Part shown: positions 9,584-20,100 of the stretch, in pieces | Layout of the letters: every line of letters begins with the position of its first letter | How positions within the stretch are numbered: the first letter of the stretch is position 1 | NCBI GenBank assembly: GCA_041946805.1 | Contig: JBHGBC010000024.1 | Location: forward strand, 1-51,835 | Source: a bacterium | GTDB taxonomy: Bacteria; Hinthialibacterota; Hinthialibacteria; Hinthialibacterales; Hinthialibacteraceae | Direction of reading: 5' to 3' | DNA: 51,835 nt | The notes under the pieces: generated by a model | Databases searched by the model: none | What the model was told of the DNA's origin: nothing | Seen by the model: only the letters and a program-made list of their open reading frames with translations | Made by a program: the position numbers and the translations under genes

Positions 9584-11137
9584 ATGCTGTTGTACGATTT
9601 TTTAACTCAAAGCGCCAGCCGTTTCCCCGGGAAGACCGCCTGCGTCACCGGCAACCTCCGTCTAACGTACGCGGAGTTGGAAGCCGGATCCAACCGGCTG
9701 GCCAATGCCCTGATCCAGGCAGGCTTCCAAAAGGGAGACCGCGCCGCCGTTTTTCTCGTCAACAGCCTGGAATCTATCATCTCCATCTTCGGCATCCTCA
9801 AGGCCGGCGGGGCTTTCGTGGTGATCAACCCCACCACCAAGAGCGACAAACTCACCTACATGCTCAACGACTGCGCCGCCCGCGCTCTGATCACCAGCGG
9901 CGCCTTCCGCGAGGCGGTCGAAACGGTGGAGAACAATGTGCCCAGCGTCCGGTGGATCGTGACCTGCGGATCCCCGGCCCCGGCGCCCGCAAAACCGGGG
10001 AAAACGCGCCTCGGTTTTGAAAGGGACCTGCCTCAATTCCCGGAGGAACTCAAAGACCGGCGGTGTATCGACATGGACCTGGCGTCCATCATTTACACCT
10101 CCGGATCGACGGGACGGCCCAAGGGAGTCGCCCTCACCCACCTCAACATGATCTCGGCCGCCAACTCCATCACTGAATACCTGGAAAACGCGCCGGAGGA
10201 CATCATCCTCAACGTGCTGCCGCTCTCGTTCGATTACGGCCTGTACCAGGCGCTCATGGCGGCCAAGATCGGCGGCACCCTGGTCCTCGAAAAATCGTTT
10301 GTCTATCCCTACCAGGTCATCGAACGCATCCAGCAGGAGCATGTAACGGGATTCCCCGGCGTGCCCACCGTGTTCGCCATCCTGCTGCAAACCATGAAAG
10401 ACCTGGATCCCGGCATCTTCGATGGCATCCGCTATGTCACCAACACGGGAGCGGCCCTGCCCCCGTCCCACATCCAGCGACTGCGCGCGCTTTTCCGCAA
10501 GGCGCGGGTGTATTCCATGTATGGCCTGACCGAGTGCAAGCGCGTATCCTATCTGCCGCCCGAGGAGCTCGACCGCCGGCCCACCTCCGTCGGCCGGGGC
10601 ATGCCCAACGAAGAGGTATATATCGTGGACAAGAACGGCAACCGGGTGGGGCCGGGCGTAGTGGGCGAGTTGGTTATCCGCGGTTCCAACGTCATGGCGG
10701 GATATTGGAACCGGCCGGAAGAAACCGCCAAGATTCTGCGTCCCGGCCGTTACCCGTGGGAGCGCGTGTTGTACTCGGGCGATCTGTTCAAGATGGACGA
10801 AGAAGGCTTTTTGTATTTTGTCTCCCGGCAGGACGACATCATCAAAAGCCGGGGCGAGAAAGTCAGCCCCAAGGAAGTGGAAAACGTCATTTACGAGCTG
10901 GACGACGTACAAGAAGTCATCGTGTCCGGCGTGCCCGATCCCACCCTGGGCGAGGCGATCAAGGCGGACATCGTCCTCGCCGCGGGATCTCCCCTGACCG
11001 CCGCCGATATTATCGGTTATTGCAAAAAGCGGCTGGAAAACTTCATGGTCCCCAAATACGTGGAATTCCGGGACCAACTCCCCAAGACCGATTCCGGCAA
11101 ACTCAAACGGGAAAAGAAGAAACCCGCCCCGGCATGA
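9584..11137 (+). CDS. AMP-dependent acyl/aminoacyl ligase (ANL superfamily)
   Basis: IIYTSGSTGRPKGV, LPLSFDYGL, YGLTEC, SGDL, terminal LPKTDSGK motifs. Confidence 0.92.
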   Translation: MLLYDFLTQSASRFPGKTACVTGNLRLTYAELEAGSNRLANALIQAGFQKGDRAAVFLVNSLESIISIFGILKAGGAFVVINPTTKSDKLTYMLNDCAARALITSGAFREAVETVENNVPSVRWIVTCGSPAPAPAKPGKTRLGFERDLPQFPEELKDRRCIDMDLASIIYTSGSTGRPKGVALTHLNMISAANSITEYLENAPEDIILNVLPLSFDYGLYQALMAAKIGGTLVLEKSFVYPYQVIERIQQEHVTGFPGVPTVFAILLQTMKDLDPGIFDGIRYVTNTGAALPPSHIQRLRALFRKARVYSMYGLTECKRVSYLPPEELDRRPTSVGRGMPNEEVYIVDKNGNRVGPGVVGELVIRGSNVMAGYWNRPEETAKILRPGRYPWERVLYSGDLFKMDEEGFLYFVSRQDDIIKSRGEKVSPKEVENVIYELDDVQEVIVSGVPDPTLGEAIKADIVLAAGSPLTAADIIGYCKKRLENFMVPKYVEFRDQLPKTDSGKLKREKKKPAPA

Positions 11138-11168
11138 GAGGTGGAGAGGAATGGGTAACAACTCTAAT

Positions 11169-11610
11169 CCCCTCTCCCCCCGGGAGAGGGCCGGGGTGAG
11201 GGAAAGCATGACATCATTGGTACTTGCGTTTCATTTTTCTACTTTGCAGTTGCAGGGTGGGCTCAAAGCGCCGCCCGGCCCACCACCTCACGGCTTTCCC
11301 CCGTTCGAATCCCCAACGGGAATCCCCGTTTATTCGAGTTGCCGCGGATTTCAACCTGCGGCGCCACCAACCTACGGCACAACCTTAGCGGGGATCCAGG
11401 ACATTGGGATGCGGGCATCTCGTCCGCACCCAATCCCAAAGGGATTGAATGTGAATAGCCGGGGGTGACAACCCCCGGTACCGTTCTCAACGGATTCGAC
11501 CCCGCGGGGGTCGAATGGGGTATTCAATCCCTACGGGATTGGTATCGTTTCTTCACGCAACCGTAGGCTATCGCCTACGGCCATTCACCTTCATCCCCCG
11601 CAGGGATGGC
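11169..11610. repeat. Mosaic cluster of REP-like hairpins between convergent genes
   Basis: CCCTCTCCCCCCGGGAGAGGGCCGGGGTGAGGG (11169-11202), GCAGGGTGGGC...GCCCACC, CAATCCCnnnGGGATTG-like x2, CCGGGGGTGACAACCCCCGG, CGACCCCGCGGGGGTCG, CCGTAGGCTATCGCCTACGG. Confidence 0.75.
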
Positions 11611-11655
11611 ATCTTTTTTCTTTACTCTATGACATAGGATGCCACCCGCATGCCC

Positions 11656-13653
11656 CTACCTTTTACAATCCCCTTCCTTCACACGCTTCCTCCGGTCCAC
11701 GATCACCTTGGGTCGCGCCGGGGCGTAGGGGAAGGCGGGAAAGCGGGCCACAAATTGGTCGTGGACCATCTGCGTGGTCAGGAGCGCCGTGAGCGCCATG
11801 CTGTCCCGCTCGCTGAGGTGATCGCCTCCTGTCACTTTCGCAAGCAGGCGGCTGACCTTGCCTGCATCGAACAATCCCGCGCGCCGCACCGCCTTCTCAT
11901 CCAGCAGTTCCTGGTGATAGGGAACCTTGTCATCCACCAGGTATTTGCCGATGGGGGCGCGGAACGGCTGTTTGGGCCGTTCCACGATTTCCGGCGGCAA
12001 ATATGCTTTTAAGGCCTTTTTTAAAATATATTTCTCACTCATGCCCAATAGTTTCCATGTTGAGGAAATCCGGCCCAACAGTTCGATCAACCGGTAATCG
12101 AGGTAGGGCATGCGGATTTCCACGGAATGGGCCATCGCCACCCGGTCGCCCTGCGACGAGAGCAGGTAATTGCTCATGAACAGATACATCTCCAGATACT
12201 GCGCCTTGGCGAGGTAATCCCACGTAGGGAACGCGGGAGGTATCCGTTCGTACATTTCTTCATACGGATCGTAGTCTCCCGCCGCCACCCGCGCGCCAGG
12301 ATCGAAATAGCTTTGGAGATGAATGGCATTGCGCCAGCGCACCAGGTGCGAATAAAATGGATTGTCCATCTCCTGGAGGCCGTGCTGGAAAAACGCGGTC
12401 ATCAGGCTCTTGGAACGCGCGTCCTTGAAGATGTACTGGTACAGGCTCTGAAAAGGAATCGAACGGAACGGGGCCTGGGGATTGCGCGCCAGAAAGCGCC
12501 GGGCCTTGGCTTCCCGGAAGATGTTGTAGCCCCCGAAAACCTCGTCCGCGCCCTCGCCGGTCATCACCACCTTGATGTGTTGCGAACGGACCAACCCCGA
12601 CAGCAGAAACATCGGCACGGGGGCGGTGCGCAGGATTGGCTTTTCACAATGCCAGGCCACCGCGCCCAGGTTCGCCGCGATTTTCTCGTTGGTCACCTCC
12701 ACCGAGGTATGATGCGTGTTCAGATAGGCATGGACCGTGTTTTGAAAACGCCCCTCGTCATAGTCCTTTTCCTCGAAGCGGATGCCGAAGGTGTGCAGGT
12801 CCGGGTTGAAATGCCGCTTGATGATCGATGTAAGCCCCGACGAATCGAGTCCCCCGCTCAAATACGCCCCCACCGGCACATCCGCCCGCATCCGGATCCG
12901 CGTGGCGTCGAGGAGAATCTCCCGGATTTTCCCACACGTGTCTCCCACGGACCAATCGAGATGCTCCTCCCGCGGATGGAAGGGAAAATCCCAGTATTTC
13001 CGCAGGGTCAGATTGCCATTCCGGACCGTCAAGGTGTGCCCGGGGGGCAGTTCGTGGATGTTCTTGAAAATGCTTCTTCCGGGGATCGTGGTCCAGAAGG
13101 TGAAGACCTGCTGGAGGGCGATGGGATCGATTTCCCGCGGGATTTCGTCATTCACGAAAATCGATTTGATCTCCGACGCGAAATAGAACCGCCCCCCGTG
13201 CACCGTGTAATGCAGCGGCCGGATGCCTGCGCGGTCCCGCGCCAGAAACAAGGTCCGGCGGGTGGAATCCCAGACCGCGAAGGCGAATTGCCCGTTCATG
13301 GATTCCACGCACGCTTCGCCCTTCTCCTCGTACAAGTGCAGGATCACTTCCGTGTCCGTGGTGGTATAGAACCGGTGGCCGGCCGCCAGCAGAGTCTCGC
13401 GGAGTTCCTTGTAATTGAAGATTTCCCCGTTGAAGATCACCCACAGGGTTTCGTCTTCGTTGTGGATCGGCTGCGTGCCCGTGCTCAGGTCGATGATATT
13501 GAGCCGCGCGTGGCCCAGGCCCACCGCGCCGTCGAGGTAGATCCCTGTTTCATCCGGCCCGCGGTGCGACACGATGCCGATCATCCGCTTCAGCCGCTCC
13601 AGGGAGATTGGCCTGTCATCCTTCAGATTGCAGATCCCCGTGATGCCACACAT
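11656..13653 (-). CDS. asnB: Asparagine synthetase (glutamine-hydrolysing) family amidotransferase
   Basis: True start MCGITG at 13653 (Ntn Cys); HRGPD, RLNIIDL, NGEIFNY, LSGGLDSS, TGEGADEVFGGY. Confidence 0.92.
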   Translation of the reverse strand: MCGITGICNLKDDRPISLERLKRMIGIVSHRGPDETGIYLDGAVGLGHARLNIIDLSTGTQPIHNEDETLWVIFNGEIFNYKELRETLLAAGHRFYTTTDTEVILHLYEEKGEACVESMNGQFAFAVWDSTRRTLFLARDRAGIRPLHYTVHGGRFYFASEIKSIFVNDEIPREIDPIALQQVFTFWTTIPGRSIFKNIHELPPGHTLTVRNGNLTLRKYWDFPFHPREEHLDWSVGDTCGKIREILLDATRIRMRADVPVGAYLSGGLDSSGLTSIIKRHFNPDLHTFGIRFEEKDYDEGRFQNTVHAYLNTHHTSVEVTNEKIAANLGAVAWHCEKPILRTAPVPMFLLSGLVRSQHIKVVMTGEGADEVFGGYNIFREAKARRFLARNPQAPFRSIPFQSLYQYIFKDARSKSLMTAFFQHGLQEMDNPFYSHLVRWRNAIHLQSYFDPGARVAAGDYDPYEEMYERIPPAFPTWDYLAKAQYLEMYLFMSNYLLSSQGDRVAMAHSVEIRMPYLDYRLIELLGRISSTWKLLGMSEKYILKKALKAYLPPEIVERPKQPFRAPIGKYLVDDKVPYHQELLDEKAVRRAGLFDAGKVSRLLAKVTGGDHLSERDSMALTALLTTQMVHDQFVARFPAFPYAPARPKVIVDRRKRVKEGDCKR

Positions 13654-14030
13654 TGAATATCTCTCGTTTCGATAAGTACGGTGTAGCGGTCTACTTGATC
13701 GTAAGGATAAGGATAAAAGGTATTCGCCCCTTTTCCGGGCTTCCCTCACTCTAACCCTCTCTCAGAGGGAATCGTTTAGCGTTCCCATCTATATTCATAC
13801 CACCAACCAATCACCGAGAAAGTTCTACATTGGGGCAAATAGTAATGCACTTCAAACCGAATCCTGTCTCTTATTTATCGACAAGCACGAGGACTGCCAG
13901 CAGACTATTTTTCCCCTTTTTTCCGAAAGCGCGAATCCCCCCGCGTAGGCAATCCCGCCGGGGCATGGTACCATCCCGTGTTTCATGGCTTACCGTCATT
14001 CATCCACGATCCGAGAAAAGAGACGCGCTC

Positions 14031-15368
14031 ATGGGCATGGCCCTTCTGCTCCTGGTTTCCGTGCTATTGATCATTTACTCCACCGCGGGATTGAAGTTTC
14101 ACCCTTTTTTAGCCTTGTTGTTCGCGGCCTTTTTATTCGGCATCCTCTCGGGTATGCCGCTCCAACAGGTGGTGGAATCCATCAACCAGGGATTCGGCGG
14201 GACCATCGGCGGCATCGGCATCGTCATCCTGTTCGGGACCATCATCGGCATCTTCCTGGAACGGTCGGGCGGGGCCTACACGATGGCCGGAAGCATATTG
14301 AAGCTCACCGGGCGGAGAAATGTCCCCCTGGCGATGTCATTGATCGGCTATCTGGTTTCCATCCCCGTCTTCTGTGACTCGGGATTCGTGATTCTCTCCC
14401 CTCTCAACAAGGCTCTCGCCAAAAAAAGCCACATCACCCTGGCTTCGTGCGCCATCGCCCTGGGACTGGGCCTTTACGCCACCCACACCATGGTCCCCCC
14501 CACGCCCGGCCCGATCGCCGCCGCGGGAATCCTGAAGGCTGACCTGGGCCTGGTGATCCTCTTCGGGATGATCACCGCGCTGATCGCGCTGATCCCCAGC
14601 TGGCTCTTCGCCACCCGCGTGGCCGCCCGGGTGGCCATCGATCCCGAGCCGGAACTGAGCGAGGAGGAACTGGAACGTAAAACGCGCGAAGCCCCGTCCG
14701 CCGCGGTCTCGTTTCTCCCCCTCCTGGTTCCGATTCTCCTGATCGTCCTCAACTCGATCGCCGCCTATCCCACCCACCCCTTCGGCGAAGGCCGCCTGAA
14801 AACGTTTCTGATGTTCACGGGGACTCCGCTGGTGGCCCTGCTCCTCGGCGTTCTGATCGCTTTCTTTTTGCCCCGGCGGTGGGATTCCTCCATGTTCTCC
14901 ACAAGCGGCTGGGTGGGCGAAGCGGTGGTCAACGCCGCCATCATCATCACCATCACCGGAGCGGGCGGCTCGTTCGGCAAGGTCCTGCAGAATTCGGGCC
15001 TCGCCGGCGTGGTGGGAAAGCCGCTCGCCGGCATGCACCTGGGGATCTGGATTCCGTTTCTCATGGCGGCGGCCATCAAAACCGCGCAAGGTTCATCCAC
15101 GGTGGCCATAATCACGACCGCCTCGCTCTCCGCGCCCCTGCTGGCCTCGTTCGGTGTGACCACGCCCGCGCAGACCGCGCTGACCGTGGTGATGATCGGG
15201 GCCGGCTCCATGGTCGTCTCGCACGCCAACGACAGTTACTTCTGGGTGGTCACACAGTTCTCCAAGATGGACGTGGCCACGGGGTACCGGCTGCACTCCC
15301 TGGGCACAATCCTCGAAGGCCTGACCGCGGGTATCGCCGCGTGGTTGTTGTTCACGATTGTCACATGA
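14031..15368 (+). CDS. GntP family permease
   Basis: Polytopic membrane protein; IPVFCDSGFVIL, PPTPGP, AQGSSTVA, SHANDSYFWVV; start at ATG 14031. Confidence 0.9.
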   Translation: MGMALLLLVSVLLIIYSTAGLKFHPFLALLFAAFLFGILSGMPLQQVVESINQGFGGTIGGIGIVILFGTIIGIFLERSGGAYTMAGSILKLTGRRNVPLAMSLIGYLVSIPVFCDSGFVILSPLNKALAKKSHITLASCAIALGLGLYATHTMVPPTPGPIAAAGILKADLGLVILFGMITALIALIPSWLFATRVAARVAIDPEPELSEEELERKTREAPSAAVSFLPLLVPILLIVLNSIAAYPTHPFGEGRLKTFLMFTGTPLVALLLGVLIAFFLPRRWDSSMFSTSGWVGEAVVNAAIIITITGAGGSFGKVLQNSGLAGVVGKPLAGMHLGIWIPFLMAAAIKTAQGSSTVAIITTASLSAPLLASFGVTTPAQTALTVVMIGAGSMVVSHANDSYFWVVTQFSKMDVATGYRLHSLGTILEGLTAGIAAWLLFTIVT

Positions 15369-15439
15369 GCGAGGAGGTGGCACGGCCTTCCCGCCCGTGC
15401 TACTTTTTAATCCCGGGGCGTAATCCCGGTATAAAAATG

Positions 15440-15696
15440 GTAGGATGGGTTAGCGCGTAGCGCCTAACCCATCAAATTCACTACCTATCTATTCATTCCC
15501 CTCTCCTCCCGTAAGAAGGCCCAGGCGAGGGAATTTTTGTAGGGGCGGACCTAGATGTCCGCCCGATAGAATTTACCGGAAGGGCTGAATGGAGTGGCAT
15601 ATTTAAACTAACCCAGGGTTTTAATCCTGGGCAAAAAGGGCATCCCGGAACTAGTCCAGGGGTTCAACCCTGGGCAACCGCTTTCGCGGGGATGAC
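15440..15696. repeat. Cluster of REP-like hairpins
   Basis: GTAGGATGGGTTAG...CTAACCCATC (15440-15473), GTAGGGGCGGAC...GTCCGCCC (15539-15564), CCCAGGGTTTTAATCCTGGG, CCAGGGGTTCAACCCTGGG, CCGCTTTCGCGGGGATGAC. Confidence 0.75.
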
Positions 15697-15756
15697 ATCC
15701 AGATCCAGCTTTTGAGTAAAGGCCGGCCCTCTGGAAAAGAAATATGGAGTTCCATC

Positions 15757-16530
15757 ATGCGTCACCGCTCTTGCTTCTCCATTTTTGTCTTGATTCTCTC
15801 CTTCGTCTTTGTTCCGCCGTATGGTTTATCGGCCGCCGGGTCGGATACCGGAACTGTGCTAGGAACGATCCAATCGGCCTCCCCGGCCGCGTCGGCGCTC
15901 GCGCCCGTGTATGCCCCGCTCGCGGAGTGGATCGTCAAGCGATTTGACTTGACGGATAAAAAGGGCATCGGGATCGACCTGGGCGGCGGTTCCGGCCATC
16001 TCATCATCGAACTCTGCCGCCGCACCCGGGCGCTGCATTGGATCAACGCCGACCTCGATCCTGAATGTTTCTACCGCTTTTCCCGGCTGGCCGAATCGGC
16101 GCGTATCGGCCCCCGGGTCAGCGCCCTGTGGGCCGACGCCCAGAACCTGCCCTTCCGGGACGATTTCGCTGAAATCATCGTTTCCCGCGGATCGTTTCAA
16201 TTCTGGCCCGATCTGCATGCCGCGTTCCGCGAGATTCACCGCGTCCTCAAGCCGGGCGGCTCGGCCATCATCGGCCGGGGTTTCTCCGAAAACCTGCCTC
16301 CGGAAACCGCCCGCCAGGTCCGCGAAAAGCAGCAAAAAGGCTCCTCGTTTCCGAAATACAACGTGGATGAAACGGAAAAACAATTGCGGCAGGTCATGAA
16401 CGATCTGGGAATCACTCACTTCCAAATCCTCCGCCCCCAGCCCCCCGGCAGCGGGGGAATCAATTACGGCATCTGGTTGATATTCGAGAAGAAGAGGGGG
16501 AAAGAGTACAATATGCAACTACTTAAATAA
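15757..16530 (+). CDS. Class I SAM-dependent methyltransferase with N-terminal hydrophobic/signal-like segment
   Basis: IDLGGGSG motif I, ADAQNLPFRDD, IVSRGS, IHRVLKPGG; GGAG RBS before ATG 15757. Confidence 0.85.
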   Translation: MRHRSCFSIFVLILSFVFVPPYGLSAAGSDTGTVLGTIQSASPAASALAPVYAPLAEWIVKRFDLTDKKGIGIDLGGGSGHLIIELCRRTRALHWINADLDPECFYRFSRLAESARIGPRVSALWADAQNLPFRDDFAEIIVSRGSFQFWPDLHAAFREIHRVLKPGGSAIIGRGFSENLPPETARQVREKQQKGSSFPKYNVDETEKQLRQVMNDLGITHFQILRPQPPGSGGINYGIWLIFEKKRGKEYNMQLLK

Positions 16531-16741
16531 GGTTTATCCGGCCCGTGCGTACCTGCTAGTGAAAAAGGCATTTCATTTACCCGCTAATCCGGGTAAACAC
16601 CCAGGTCCGACGCTACAAAAAATCCCTCACCCTGACCCTCTCCCAGAGGGAGAGGGGATTAGGGGGTTGATCTCCCCGAACCGCCCGATGGAAGAGCAGC
16701 CAGGCATGGTTGATAAAAAGTACGCACTTACCGGATGATAC
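16531..16741 (+). mobile_element. MITE-like element (~210 bp) with imperfect TIRs and flanking direct repeat
   Basis: Left GGTTTATCCGGCCCGTGCGTACC, right AAGTACGCACTTACCGGATGATAC; TACTTAAATAA at both 16520-16530 and 16739-16749; colinear with 40348-40558. Confidence 0.8.
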
Positions 16742-16760
16742 TTAAATAATTGCAGAGACA

Positions 16761-16820
16761 GGATGAATTTCGCCCTTTCAGGGCTACCCTCACCCTGGCC
16801 CTCTCCCAGAGGGAGAGGGA
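16761..16820 (+). repeat. REP-like module (CGCCCTTTCAGGGC + CCCTCACCC...GGGAGAGGG)
   Basis: Same module inverted at 20486-20543 and direct at ~30096-30153. Confidence 0.7.
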
Positions 16821-17105
16821 AGGCCTTCTGCCCAGGGTTGCCCAGGGCTTCCATCCCGTGTATTTCGGGGGCAACTTGCCCCATTCGTGGGAAATCCATT
16901 CCACCGTCCCGCCGGATATTCTTTTTGATAGCCTCTCTCCCTTGTGATACGATAAGATACAGGACTTGAGTTGCCTGACCAATCAGCCGGGTCATCTCAT
17001 CTTGCGGATGGTTCCGTTCCTTCCTCACCAACGTTTGCGCCATACGGGGTTCGGCTGTCATAGGGGTGGAATTCAAATTCCATGGGCTCGCGAAGGATAA
17101 AAACC

Positions 17106-20100
17106 ATGAAACTATTCACGAAAAAACGGTTTTTTCTGTTTCTCTTGGTGTTGCTGGTTTTGTTGGCCGCCGCCGCGGCCTGGATCGTGATGAACCTGGG
17201 ACAGGTCATCGACAGCAACAAGGACTACATCCTCGCGCAAGTCAAACAGGCGGTGGGCCGGGATGTCACCCTCGAGAAAATCGATGTCACCCTGTGGCCC
17301 GCGGCCGGCGTGCGCCTGTCGAAATTCACCGTCTCCGACGATCCTAAATTCTCTCCGGATAAATTCGTCACCGCCGAGGACCTGCAAATCCAGTTCAAGC
17401 TGCTCCCTCTCCTCCAGAAAAAACTGGAAGTCTCCCAACTGGTCTTGAACAAGCCGGTGATACAACTGATCCGTGATAAAGAGGGCGTGTTGAATGTCTC
17501 GACCTTGGGCAAAACCAACGGCAATCCGGATTCGAGCGGCGAATCGGCGGCCCCGGCCAAGCCCGCCCCTTCAGCGGGAAACGGGGAGGCGTTTTCCTTC
17601 GGTCTCATCCAGGTGAATAACGGGGATGTGCGCTTCGTGGACCGGCCGGGAGGGCAGGAGATCCAAGCCAACCAGATCGACGCCACCGTGCGCGATTTCC
17701 GTTTGGATCAACCGGTCTCGATCCGGCTCGCGGCCGCGGTGTTGGCCGCCAAGCAAAACATCTCCCTGCAGGGCCAATTCGGACCGCTGGGGAAATCGTT
17801 CGATCTGGCTAACCTCCCCTTGCAGGCCGATGTCCAAATCGATTCCCTGAACCTGGATGAACTGCAGAAGAAGTTTCCGGCACTCAAGGAAAAACTGCCT
17901 CCCTGGCTCGACATTTCCGGCCCCATGCAGGCCAGTTTGAAAATCGTGGGAGAGAAGAACCAAATTTCTTTGCCCAGCATGCAAATCACCATGGCGCTTT
18001 TCTCGCCGCAAAAATCCAACTTCACGTTCCAGGGCAGCGTGTCCTCCATCACCCTGGGCGGGGCGGCGGATAAGATCGCGCTGGACGGCGTGGCCACGCT
18101 CTCCGCCCTGGATCTGAAACGCCTGCAAACGGGCATCGCCTCCCTCAAGGTTTTTCCGCCGGAGTTGCGCGCGGAGGGGACGGTGGATGCCCAGATCAAG
18201 GTGAAAGGCCATCCCGGCCAATTGGCGCTGAACGCCACGCTCGATGCCTCCGCCGCGGACCTCAACTACAACGATCAATTTCTGAAAGCCAAGGGAATCC
18301 CTATGCAAATCGCCGTGGATGCGGCCGCCGGCGCGAACCTCGAAATCCAGAAAGCCGATATCACCCTGAATAAAACCCGAGTGGAGGGTTCCGGCAAAAT
18401 CACCACCGGCAAAACGCCGGCCGTCGAACTGGCCTTGAAGGCCCCGCAGGCCGATCTCGCCGCCCTGCAGCCCCATCTTCCCGTGCTGAAACAGTACGCA
18501 GTTTCCGGCAATGTAGCGCTGGCGGTCGATTACAAAAAAAAGGGCGAGACGCCCCAAATCACCGGGCAGGTGCAATTCAAGGGCGTCTCCGCCACCCACC
18601 CGGCCCTGGCCAATCCGGTCACGCAATTAATGGGCGCCATCGAGTTCCTGGGTGAAAAGGCCAACACCAAGGATCTGGCGTTCCAGGCCGGCCAGTCCAA
18701 AATCACGATCGCCGCGCAGATGGACAAATTGTCTCCACCCGCCTCCACCTTCACCATCCAATCGCCCGAATTGCTGGTCGCGGACTTCATCAAGACCACC
18801 AACCCGCCCTCAAAGCCCGACCGGTTGCGGAATATTTCCATCGATGGCAAGCAATGGATGGAAAAAGAGAAAATCGCCTGCCAGGGGAAACTGTCCTCCC
18901 CCGAAGGTACCTACGCGGGCATCGACTACACCCAGCTCTCCGGAACCTATGCGTTCCTCAATCAAAAGCTGACACTCGACAACCTGGTCTTCAACGCCCT
19001 GGACGGCAGCGTGAAGGCCACCGCCGCCTACGACCTGAATCCCACGCCGCCCACCTTCGCCTTCAACACCCTATTGGAAAACGTGGATATCGTGCAATTC
19101 TTCCGCTCCAGCCTCATCTCCATCCCCAAGTCTTTCGCCGGACGCTTCAACATGAAACTCGGCGTTTCCGGCAGCGGAACCAACTGGGACACGATCAAGA
19201 ACACCCTCACCGGCGAAGGCCAGGCCAATATCAACGAAGGCATCCTCTATGATGTCAACATCGCCGAATCAGTACTCGGCAGCCTGACGGGCGTGCCGGG
19301 ACTGACCAATTTTCTCTCGCCTCAACTGCGCCAGGACTACCCTCAGATTTTCAGCACCAAGGATTCGGTTTTCAATCAATTGCAAATGGCGCTGCAGATC
19401 AAGGAGGGGAAGATCGATCTCAATTCTCTGGTGGTGGCAGCCGCCGATTGGGCGCTCAACGGCAAGGGCTGGTTGAATTTCGACAAGGCGGTGAACGTCA
19501 ACGCGGGACTCTTCCTTTCCAAGGGAATCACCGACACGCTGGTCAGCCAGGTTTCCGCCTTAAAGTACATCACTAACGATCAGGGCCGGCTCTCCATCCC
19601 CTTCGCCATGATCGGCACCTGGCCCGGAGTCAAACCCGCGCCGGATCCTCAATTCATTCAGCAAACACTGCAAAACGCGCTGGTGGGCAAGGGACTGGAT
19701 CAGATAAAAAGCAAATTGCCTATTTCGTTGCCCAATCTCCCGATTTTTGGGCTTCCCGGCGATAAAACCTCTCCTCCCCGCGAAGGCGCCATTCCCCAAC
19801 CGGGGCAAACGGCCCCCGCCGCCGAGAAAGCTGCAACCACCGCGGCCAAAAAGGTTCCAGATCTCAAGATCCCCTCTCTGTCCATTCCTGGAACGGAGGC
19901 CGTCCGCTCCGCCACGGCTCCACGCGCGCCGGAAGCCGCCGCCGCGGACAAAGCCGCAACCACCACAACCAAGCCAGGCCCGAAGTTCCAAATTCCTTCC
20001 CTGCCCATCCCCGGTAAAGAAGCCGTCCAGGCCGCCACCCAAGCGGAATCCGCACCCGCCGGACCGGTCCGGTCTCCAACCCGGGCCGTCTCCCCGGTCC

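Noticed and set aside
9662..11209. Long antisense ORFs (also 12127-13656, 4310-5641, 28525-29754, 47538-48887 and others)
   Set aside because: Shadow frames of well-supported genes in GC-rich DNA, with no recognisable motifs
16627..17076. Short ORFs containing PLPLGEG / LSLRERA / PHPNPLP (also near 11151, 21782, 29885-30214 and 40334)
   Set aside because: Translations of the REP repeat rather than genes
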